From contig NC_135255.1 in the NCBI RefSeq assembly GCF_964204865.1, forward strand, positions 13,702,001-13,766,000: a stretch of 64,000 nucleotides of DNA. Direction: 5' to 3'. Of this stretch, positions 53,539 through 64,000 are shown piece by piece. Every line of letters starts with the position of its first letter. Position 1 is the stretch's first letter. The notes under the pieces are model-generated. The model was not told the origin of the DNA. It made no database searches and worked only from the letters and a program-made list of their open reading frames with translations. The position numbers and the translations under genes were made by a program. The stretch is from Styela clava (taxonomy: Eukaryota).

Positions 53539-55095
53539 ATGGCAAATACTATAAATGCAGCGGGAACTGTCGGATTTATTATTGCCCTCTGTGGTAGCGG
53601 AATTCTCGGAACAAGTATAGCAACAATGTATTGGCGAACTCCAGAATTTCTTACGGGACAGATACTAGCCACTGTCGTAGAAGTGAACTCTGGCTTATTT
53701 CAAACGTGTACGGTTCTTGGATGCACGGACATAAGTAAGTATATATTCACGAGTACTTGGTTGACAACATGAGCGGAGCCTCACTATTGACGAAATTGAA
53801 ATTGGCATTCATATATTTTCAGGTTGGAGTACAGATTCTGGTTTAACATTGCTTGTGACGAGGTCTATCCTGTTGATTGCATGCTTGCTGATTGCAATTG
53901 GATTGATTATCGGTATCGTAGCAATATGCGGGAAAACCGATATTACCTCTAAAGGAGCTTTGGATATTGTTTCAGGTAAGAGTAGCAATACCATTATTCA
54001 ACTCCAAAATATATTCTCTCAAGCAAACATAATAGGAAACCCACAGCACCAACCATCACACGAAACAGAGTTATAAAAATACTCACATTTCTGAACAAAA
54101 ACACCGCCTGGGTATTTATTCTCTTCGAAACCTAAAGTCTATTCTCCAATTCTCCTTCAATAAAATTTGCGTTTGCTTCAATCTAACGATTTAATTTGTC
54201 GTAGAGTTCTAAGGGATTCAGTTTGTACGACAGTTATGTTAACGACAAATAGGTTATTTGTTCTGTCTTGTTGCCAGGTTTGTTTATTCTTGCTGCGTGT
54301 GGGGCATACACCGGATTGACGATTGGGTTTGATGAATACCTTCTCGGAGACGTAGGATTCAACGATTTCGGCTGGAGTTTTTATTTATGTTGGGCAGCAT
54401 CTGCAGTTTTCATTATTGCCGGGGCCTTTGAAGTGAACGGGAAGCAAAAAGCAACTGGACAAAGACAGGTACAAATAGTATTTAAAAACTGCACACCACT
54501 TGGTTGAACAATAATAAACATTTTGACATTTTAATCTTACGTTCTTTTATATATATTCTTATTTCATTCAGTAAACAAAAGTTTTGTCAATTGAGTCTAT
54601 CTCATCCTGAAAATATAAAGCGCCCATATTATAACCATAAATTTTATCAGTGTCTCATTCTATTATTTCAATATTACGTATTTGACTTTACAGTATTTAA
54701 AGCAACTGTAATATGATTTATTGCATCACAACCAGAAAATCCGCTGGAGATTGCAAATTATCATACACGTTGTTGTTCCCGAATTTGGATTTTCGTATTT
54801 CTAAGTTTGACGAGCGCACATTAAAAAAATTGAATTCGTAACCTAAGTGTATTGTTTATAATTTGCTTCTGATAAATTTGTCAATAAAATAATATATGAG
54901 CGAAGAAGAAAAACTCCCGACGAACCTCAATGAAATATTTTGCTAATAATGTCTAACATTTCACGTAATTTTTTATTTTAGATTCATCCAGCAGCGGACA
55001 TGCAACAACAAATGATATGGGCAACGAATATGCAGCACCGTAACGGTACAGTTGTTCAACAAGTTCCCAGGCACCAAGTAGTCCAACTTCAATAA
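53539..55095 (+). CDS. Claudin/PMP22/EMP-like tetraspan protein, copy A, 4 exons: 53539-53734, 53823-53975, 54278-54468, 54982-55095
   Basis: TM1, then YW...GLFQTC...C (W-GLW-C-C-like signature), three more TM segments, FGWSFYLCW motif and a Gln-rich tail. Consistent phases. Confidence 0.9.
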
Positions 55096-56826
55096 CAGTT
55101 GACGACCGCATACATGTCTTGAAAGATTCATTTCATTGTGAAGTGATATTTCAATAAGCCAATACTATTTAACACCATAGTTACAAACAATTAGCCTGAG
55201 CTTTTTTCTGTGTAGATATCGATATTTCAGATGAAAGTTTGATGATCGATACTTTCATTTTCATAAAATGGTAATAACGGTGTCAACTAACGGTCTAAAG
55301 GCGGTATATTTATCTGATGACGTTTAACTACTCAAGATGATGCCGAGCTCTCCACAACAATATACCTAATCAAAGGTAAATGTGAACTGCAAGGTATTAA
55401 TTCTTTTTAAAACAGTTGTGTAAATTGCTTATTGGACACAAAATGGACCTAAGGATCGCTTTGTTATTATGTTGTTAGAATTCTTTTGCTTTGGAATTTA
55501 CAGCGGTGAAAGATTGTATTTTCTGCTAGAAGGCTATAACTTTAATTTTTTCAAAAATTTCTGTGGGCTCTCTGGGTTCGTTTTGAATGTACGATGGCGT
55601 CATAAAAATTCAAAATTGTGCACTTTGTGGCGTTAATTTAAAGATCTGATATAATTTAAATTGCTATGATTATTTTATTATGTTTGTTTATACAGTTCTT
55701 ATGAAGTTTCTCCGCGTTTTTTCAAACGTTCATTTAAACTTACGGAATATGTTTTTGTATTTCACTAATATCCTATATTAGTTTGAGTTGAATATTTTTC
55801 TTTTATTTTTTTTACTTTACTTTATTATATTATTTGTTAATAAAGGAAAATTGTACATATCAATACTACGTATTGGGAGTGTTTTTGCAGATAGCTCCAA
55901 AATGCCCTCTCGCCGCACCTATATGTATTGCGTTTGTTATAAAACAACATGTCGGAGCTAGTCAACATAGAATGAGTCTACGTTATGAATGTGGCTGTGG
56001 AACATGTTTTTTACGATATTCTCACTTGGTTGATACTTAAATGTGACTCAATAAACGAGTGATTAAAATCTGACGTGAATAGAAGTGAAAACAATATCAT
56101 TTTCAAATGATAGAAAATATTCGTGAATGCGTTTGAAAAGAATTAGGGGTGAGTGTGTATGATAGTAACTCTTCTTTAAGCACTTACTTTTTAAAACTCG
56201 GTTTCTTTGTTCTTATTGAACATCCTAGGTTTTTTTTTTCTCGCTGCAGGGGTCATATCGAACATTCAATTCATTTTCTATTTTATTGTTTCAGTCTGAA
56301 GCCTTTATTTCGATATGTACATATGTAGCACGTAGCCAATACAACATGAAATTCGACTCCAACACTTTTGTTGTACCTCAGTCGTACTATTTGTTATATC
56401 ACGTTGGGATTATCAAGCAAGTAAAACTGTAAAGAAATTGTCAACTCATTCTCGCATTATATATTGATCATGGTTGTATATAATCTTGAAATGTTTTCAA
56501 TTAAATATGATTAAATATTGCGTAACCTGATATAAAAGAGAAGTAAGATCAACTAAACATTCCGAGTATCATCATAAGATATTGATTTTTGTACATAACC
56601 TTCAATCATGGTTTTCTCATATTCAAGACAAATAATACAATCAACAGTTCATAGGCACGGCTCCATATAACCGACTCAAAAAATTTTTGCAATTACAATC
56701 GGATTGCACCAATATTCAAAAGACTGACTTATACTAGGATGTCATGTCGAATTACCGTAGCCTATTGTAAGGAACATTCTTGAACTATTTTGAAATCATT
56801 GTCCAGTTTCGTTGAAGTAATTATAT

Positions 56827-57013
56827 GGTTCCATTACATTTGAACCCACGTACATTTGAACCCATGGCTATTGCACCTGCATACTATTGCACCTATGGGA
56901 ATTTTTTTGTTGTACGGATAGTTGAACCCATACTAACCCTAACCCATGGGTTTCAGCACCCGCATATTGATTGAACCCGCGGATATAGACATGGGTTCAA
57001 ATGTACGGTCACC
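56827..57013. mobile_element. Mutator-like MITE with a 9-bp TSD
   Basis: Termini ggttccattacatttgaaccc and gggttcaaatgtacggtcacc. taattatat at 56818-56826 and 57014-57022. Internal ttgaaccc/ttgcacc repeats and ctaaccctaaccc. Confidence 0.75.
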
Positions 57014-57670
57014 TAATTATATATATCCATCACCTTTCGCACCACAACACGGAATTTAAAATCTGGTAGCGTCATAAGTTACATTTTGGTTGAAGAAGTG
57101 GTCCTGAAGCGTTATTATTATTAAAGTTCCGACGAGAATCCGACTTCCGGCGAATCCGACGAAAGTGTTGACGAGAATCTATCATCTGCGTTATCGGTTA
57201 CTGTTTTCGAGATACATTTGTCTAAGATCATGATATTCAACGGTAGATTTTGGCCATGCCTGTAAATCTAGTATTAGTTTGTATTTGTATTAATTTTAAT
57301 GTAGAACGTGCAAGATTATTTGTGCTTTCTGATAAGACAACTATTGGTCAACTACTTATCCGTCTTCGATGCTTTTGCAACGTTGAATCCGTATGCATAT
57401 TGTACAAGGGTGCTGTGGCAAGAGTAAAGATGACTGTTCATAGTGATTCAAGAGTCTTGCTGCACAGTAACACGATAGCGTATTGCGTTAGTGTGCAACA
57501 AGAATCTTGAATCAATTTGAATAATGACTCGTAGCACTATCTAATATAAACTCAAATGTGTCTGAAATCTGGTTATAAAGTAAATAAATTTCAGTTCGAA
57601 TAGGAATTAATTTATATCAATGTACTTTATAGGTTTTAAATACTTTGGTTAGATTTAGAATCGGAATATA

Positions 57671-58566
57671 ATGGGCAGTACAATAAATCCAGCAGGAATT
57701 TTCGGAATCCCATTTCGATTTTGGCTACTGGAATGTTGGCAGCAGGTATGGCAGCTGTTTATTGGAAATCCCCTGTATTTCCCCTCTCGTTCAATAAAAC
57801 TGACCACACTATAGTGAATGCAGGATTGTTTCAAACTTGCACGAATGCACGAATGTTGGTAAGTATCGTTACTTATTTCAGCTTTTTTCTCAGTTACGTC
57901 TCTTTGATCGCCAAATCATTATTGAGATATTCTGTTACCTAATATCGTACCATTTCAATATGTGTTTACTGTTGTGGTTCTTCGGGGAATTGTAATTAGA
58001 TCTCACATTAACCATCCCATATACTGACAAAATGGCACTGCTGGAATATATGGGCACTAAGTGGGCTGGAACGAAATAGTATGAAATCTCTTACAGTACT
58101 GGTGCCCACCCGATCACCCAGATGTGATCAAGGAACCACGGCACGCAATTATAATTTTATTTACTTCATTAAACAAAATTTCGAGATGGAAATAGAATCT
58201 ATTTTTAAAATAAATAAAGCTTTCTAGCGACAAAAACAAACTTTAACAACTGGTAATTTCGAAGCAATTGGTCAAGTAGTTGAAGAGAGACGAAAAAGAA
58301 AAAAAAGAGAATTTTTTTCCACCAGCAATAACAACAAGAATTCTAACAAAAACAACAATAACAACAGCATAATAAGAAAACGATTTGTATGTCTACCTCG
58401 TGTTCAAAAATAATATCCGTATTTTATTAATTAGTGTTTATTATTGTCTCGTTAAATAAGATACTTATATACATATATACAGGATATACATACATCAGGC
58501 ACTGTCTTCCTTATTGCTGAATCTTTCGAAGTATGCGGGGAACGTGAAGCTTCTCAACAAAGACAG
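57671..58566 (+). pseudogene. Claudin-like copy B, pseudogene
   Basis: Exon-1 homolog MGSTINPAGIFG / LATGMLAAGMAAVYWKSP...NAGLFQTC / ECTNV with two frameshifts (57671-57858). Exon 2 not found. Only the 3' end of exon 3 remains (SGTVFLIAESFEVCGEREASQQRQ|gt, about 58495-58566). Confidence 0.8.
58200..58415. repeat. Interspersed repeat with an (aac)n tract; related inverted fragments at about 46335-46365 and 55428-55490
   Basis: ttattggacac.aaatggaccta.gga at 46338 and 55429. Reverse-complement-like gtctacctcgtgttcaaaaa with aacaacaat repeats at 58330-58410. Confidence 0.5.
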
Positions 58567-60406
58567 GTGGGAAAGAGTTAAACATCGAATGTTCGAATAC
58601 GTTAATATTTTCGTTCGTGTGAATCCGAGGAAAGCTTCCACGAATTTATGACCAATACTCCTAAAAATCTGAACTAGCGCAATATACACGAGGATCTCAC
58701 ATAGAATATGGGACCCACAAACATTTACACACTCAACACTATTTGTATGATCTCTCGAAATATATGTTTTATTTTTTCTAGGAAATTGAGGATTGGATCC
58801 ACCACCCGTCGTATCATTTAGACACAAGAATAAGCGGAGGAGAGACTGATTTTGAATACCATCAACTTCAAACTATTTAAGGACACTAATATCGAGTACG
58901 AAAAACAAACGAAACGAAAAAAAATGGCTTGTCTATAATTTGCATGATGACGTTTTGTATTCAGCTTCTAATCTTTTAACAATTCTGACATCACGATTTC
59001 AAATATTTATTTAATTTTTGTTTACTCCATTTTCATTTCACTCAAGTTTGTCGGAATAGTCGGATGCTGTCAATCTCTGATTTCTAGATGCAGATGTTTT
59101 TAGTTTGGATTCGAAGTTAATTTTCTATAATCTATCTATACGACACCACAGCATCCAACAGTCTCACTGATGAGCACGCAATATCTAAAGACCTCAGAGG
59201 ATCGTTTCAAGTCGACAATGATGACGAATTAAAACCGATATTATAATTTACGGAACAGATACCTCGTAGAGTGGGCCTTTTTTCATTATTGCGCAATGCA
59301 AATAGACTACCAGCACAAATATCAACGATCACGGCCAAACGATCCAACTTTCATCGGCGCCTTCGGATCTAGGATGAAGTATGTTCAGCTATTTTTTTTA
59401 TTTACTCGTTCTAGTTTGTCTTGATGATTGGGATTATAATAATTAAGCCTTGCTTATGTCTAGGATTAACTAATGCTGCCAATATTTGTGACGCGTAATT
59501 GAAGCTTTGAATTAGGCAAGCATTTAAAACAGAAGGAGTTCTGTCAATATGAATGATGACAGATTAATTTTCTTTTATTGAGCTGTCGATATAGTATGTA
59601 ACGTGACTCTAAACGCTTTGTTTGGGTATCTTTCTGTCGGACATCCTACCTTTTCTTCATCTTGTGCTCATCAAACTTGGTACACAGATAAAACAAACAC
59701 GCTAGATTCCTTCCAACCATAGGTCATGTTTAATAGTTTTAGGGATACCAGATTTTTCGTCAATAGAACAATTAGAAAGATGTAATCTAATAATACCGTA
59801 TTAAATAAGTCATGCTTGGAAGATATAGTTGTACAATTGGGTTAAGTCACACCTGGCACCAAACATCATATATCTGCTACAAAGTAGTAGTAAGTATGTT
59901 CAATCAAGAATTTTTGCTTAATATTTAAAAATATCAAAATACAAAAGATGTGATCGATTTGGAAAATCAGCAAATGTCTGATTAAGTTAAAAAGGTTAGA
60001 TACCTGCAATTGAGAAGTAAAGAATGATTGCTTTAACAATAACAAAAGTGGTTTAAGAAGTGGAAGCCTTTCTACATAGCTGATTAGGCTCTCAAATTTC
60101 GTTTTGTGTGGAAAACGTTTGTTTATTGTTTCTCTGAGGCATACCTGGAATCAATCACAAACAAAAGACGATTTCGGCAAATTAGTTGTAGCATTTTGTG
60201 CCTTGAGAATGTTGCCTATTTCGATTTGAATGTCGAAAGATATTGTTTTGATAGTATGATGGTTTAAATGTTATGCACATCTGCGAATATTTATGATTTT
60301 GGAAACATTACTGTGCATTTTCTACATCTTTCGGTCAACTGTTCATTACCTTTTATTTTAGAAAAAGTAAAATTTCAGTATCAAAGTTCATTAGGCAAAA
60401 CCAAAT

Positions 60407-62227
60407 ATGGCAAATAAGGTAAACTATGCTGGGATAGCGGGATTTGTCGTTGCTCTTTGTGGAACTGTTCTGTTGGCTCTGAGCATGTCAACGATTTATT
60501 GGAGATCTCCGAAGTTTGAATCGGACCGGATATCTGATGAAACTGAAGTAAATACCGGACTATTTGTTACCTGTACTGTCGAGTCATGCACCAATATCGG
60601 TAAGTTCTGGTACAATATCTTCCGCTTCATTGTATGCTTATCGATTATAGAAATACTGTATATAAAAAGACTGCGAGAAGCTTGAAAATACGACTCCGGC
60701 TCCAAGGAGAACATGCTGAACTCTGGCTCTCGACAACACACTTTAGGTCTAAAAACCTTGTTGGGCTGCGGTGAAACTTCAGCTCATTGTCAGTATTGAT
60801 GCTAAGTACGTTTGAATCTTTTCATACTTGGCAGAATTCGTATTCTATGGGATTATGGGAAAGTGAATTAAAATTACTTATTCAAATTTGTGAATAAATG
60901 CTAGTTAAGGGTTTTGCACACAGAAATGAAACGTGCTTATCACTTTTCAGGATGGTTAACAAATGCAGGAGCAACTTTAACAACCACACGTGTTCTTCTT
61001 TTGGTTGCATGTGTTCTTATCATCATCAGTCTCATCATTGGCGTAATAGCTTTGTGTGGACACGCTGACATAGTAACAAAGGGCGCAATGGACATTGTTA
61101 TTGGTACGTTAACTCTGAATTCATAATAAAAAAATCGGGTTATTTGGTTATGTGGGTTCAACTAATACTCCCATTCTTTTATCAGTTGCTAAGCATTATC
61201 CATAAACTGAAGGTTGTCGATCAGTATAACGTTCTCAGTGAACTAATCGAGAGTTACAACTAAATTCCAACTGATAACACACTTTCTCTGCTAGTTAGTG
61301 CTAAGAATAACTCGTTTGATTGTGACTACTCTGCCAGTAACGACATTTATATATTCTATTTTTTCTTGCATGCTATACGATTTTTATTTCTTCGAAAATG
61401 TGTTCATATAGACAGCATAGATCAGCATGGATTTCCTCTGATACGTTTGTTTTTAGGAATCATCATCCTTTCTGCCTGTAGTGCATACACTGGACTGACG
61501 ATTACACTTGATAGATATCAGGATGGAAAACCATCAGCTCGTGACTTTAACTGGGGGTTCTATCTATGCTGGATATCTTGCGCCGTTTTCATCATAGCCG
61601 GTGTTTTCGAAGTGAAAGGAGAACAAGAGATTGGAAAGAAGTCTAAGGTAAATCAAAGGAAAAACAAACTAAATGATGAGGTATTGTGAGAATGTGAAAC
61701 ATTGCAGCATTAAAGATATTCGAAATTATTTGATTTTTTTGACAAAAAGGTTTCGTTTATATTGAAAGTTGTTAAATCGGACAATTTAAAACTCACTTGA
61801 TTTATTTTCCATACGCGATTCTATATTTATCGGATGCAATTTCACAGAGAATAAAAATTAAAAAGTAAACAAATATCTAATACTTGATACAATACAAGTA
61901 ACCATGATTCGATAAACAACAACCTTGAGCCATTATATTTGTTGGCATCTGATATTTATATATATATTTAGATGTATTTATCAACATCGAAAAATTCAAG
62001 CCTGCAAATTTTATGTATATATATATATATATTAAAAAGATATATAAATGGCAGGAGTTAATGTTATAAAAGTTAAAAAATTGACATTTTGACAGATTCA
62101 TCCGGCATCGATTCAGCAACAATTGAAGTGGACAAGGACAAACCAGCCTTCAAATATTTCAGGCAGCAGTGCATCAGCAGAGCAAACTAGATCAATCCAA
62201 GATGACCAAATAATATCAGCGGCTTAA
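60407..62227 (+). CDS. Claudin/PMP22/EMP-like tetraspan protein, copy C, 4 exons: 60407-60599, 60951-61103, 61457-61647, 62096-62227
   Basis: Paralog of copy A with the same intron positions and phases: YWRSP...NTGLFVTCTVESC, KGAMDIV, FNWGFYLCW, last exon IHPASIQQQLKW...*. Confidence 0.9.
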
Positions 62228-63122
62228 CAAATATATTTTTTTAATTACCATTTGCTTATTTCTGTTTTGAAGAACACATGCCCGTGACCTCCCGCTCTAT
62301 CCTCTCGTCTGTGAGCCCGGAGAAGTTTTTGATTAAATATGCTATGTAGATAAATAATGAGGAGAATAAATGTACGTCGAAAAAGAATGAAATTTGATTT
62401 CTGAAGTTCTTGCTTTGGACTATGACGATTGATATTGTTTGAGGTGGCATGGTACATATTTATGATTCTTTTGAAACAGCGAGTAAACGAGGGGGGGGGG
62501 GGGTAAATATAGCATCGTTTATACTCTACTAAATATGCCTATTGTGAATGACATTTTATTCAACTTATGTTGTCGTGGTTGAGAGCTATTTTAGTCTGAT
62601 AAATTGAGATTTTACTCTGAAATTACTACGATTGCTTTAATTCGTGAAGGACTCGAGTCTGCACTACATGTCCTGGGCTCAAATTGTTTTAAAAATTGCC
62701 ATCTATTATTATGTTATCTTTTCCTGAGTAAGATTTATTATGGTGAATCAATTGCGACAGCAATATAATAATAACAAGAGAGCTATGCTACGGTACCGGT
62801 AACGGTACAGGGACTGTCCTAGCTTTTACAGGACCCGTTACGATGATTCATTCTTCATGCATCAGTTTAAATGTGAATTGAAATACCAACGGATCCGAGT
62901 CACTTCTATATTACCAGATCAGGTAACGCAGTCTACAGGAGGATTTTGATCATACTCATATGCTATTTTTTGAACATCGAGAAGTTACCATGTAACTGTC
63001 TTTAACTACAGCATGGGTGGTAAATATATATATTGCTTCCGGCAAATTTTCTCCGGCATTCATATTTATTTATAAACAAGGTGAAACTTATGTATATTTT
63101 GTTATTTATATCCAGAAAGTCG

Positions 63123-63402
63123 ATTGAAATTTGCTGATACTGCAAAATGTGCGCGCGACAGTCGATCTTTTTGTATAGTCAGCAATTTTATAATATTGTT
63201 TTATTTAGAAGCATTGCACCATCATCACTTCTTCGTTACAAGGTTGGATGTGTTGCTGAAATTCTTATGTTTATTATCTTACTCATATCTAGAAAATCCA
63301 TAAAAACTTTCACAGTTGAAATTTGTCAACACTGCAAAATGTACGCACGACAGTTAATCTCCTTGTTATCAATATTCTAATCTTGTTTCACCTAGAAGCA
63401 TT
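63123..63402 (+). repeat. Diverged tandem duplication (spacing about 190 bp)
   Basis: ttgaaatttg...actgcaaaatgt.cgc.cgacagt..atct...tagaagcatt occurs twice. Confidence 0.7.
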
Positions 63403-63633
63403 TAAATAGAGCTAACCTTTGTGTGTCAACTTCACTTGATTTAAATAACGTTCAGGTGCCGTACATTTCCTTCTCCTCTTCATGTGTGTTCTCTCCTCTT
63501 CAATGTACAATAACCCATCATTTATTTTGGTAGTTTTTTGAAATATGAATGGCATTTTTTTCTATATATGTTTTTAACAATATCTTATAGGCACTATAAA
63601 ATCTTTTTAATACAATATACAACTTTGAAATTA

Positions 63634-63956
63634 ATGGTCAAAAGAGTAAAAAAAATCATAATAAATTTATTGATTGTGACATTTTTTATTGCTGCGGTCG
63701 CTACATTTGCAATTAACGCTGCTCCTTCAGCAGGTAATTACATATTTTTTTTTGTTTATTTTGTTTTGTTTATAAAGTTTTGAAAAATGTTTAGAGTTTC
63801 AATAGAACACCGTTTATAAGCGTGAACATGCATTTTTAGTTTTTAGAACAAATTTTAGTTTTGTAATTAGTCTTTCACAATTAAATGTCATTTTCATAAT
63901 TTTACATTTTAGTGAAAAATTCCGAAAAAGGCGCGGCAGCAGAAGAAGCAGCTTAA
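63634..63956 (+). CDS. Candidate 47-aa secreted or membrane micropeptide, 2 exons: 63634-63733 and 63913-63956
   Basis: MVKRVKKIIINLLIVTFFIAAVATFAINAAPSA-V-KNSEKGAAAEEAA*. Phase-1 GT-AG intron (cag|gtaatt...ttttag|tg). TATAAAA about 40 nt upstream of the ATG. Confidence 0.5.
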
Positions 63957-64000
63957 GTCATACTTTACATGTATTATTATATAATGTCACAATGTGGAAC

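Noticed and set aside
63634-63733. A third 100-nt phase-1 hydrophobic first exon, possibly related to the GH16/GBA exon
   Set aside because: Same length and phase but no shared YSL/P motif or donor sequence. It shows that length alone is weak evidence; the GH16/GBA case rests on sequence and donor similarity as well.

Overview
Eukaryotic, AT-rich, intron-rich genomic DNA from a marine invertebrate. The short introns, gene set and MITE families suggest an ascidian such as Styela, which is an inference. Hand-assembled spliced genes: GH16 beta-1,3-glucanase (+, 1723-7455), GH30 glucocerebrosidase-like GBA (+, 8197-12494), SNX17 (+, 16129-26939), Wee1 (+, 35691-38456), a tail-anchored Sulfotransfer_4-type sulfotransferase (+, 42364-44971), an acidic Thr/Glu-rich secreted protein (-, 48713-46935), a claudin/PMP22-like tandem array (two intact copies flanking a pseudogene, 53539-62227), and a candidate 47-aa secreted micropeptide (63634-63956). 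Transposon relics include a piggyBac remnant, hAT elements, a Mutator-like MITE and SINE-like fragments. The most striking observation is that the adjacent, unrelated GH16 and GH30 genes start with apparently homologous 100-nt first coding exons encoding a signal-anchor-like helix, followed by near-identical donor sites. This suggests exon shuffling that co-targets two beta-glucan-active hydrolases, possibly an animal laminarin-digestion module. Other notable points: a MITE whose target-site duplication copied a splice donor, and two GC-AG introns. All gene models are manual and lack transcript support.
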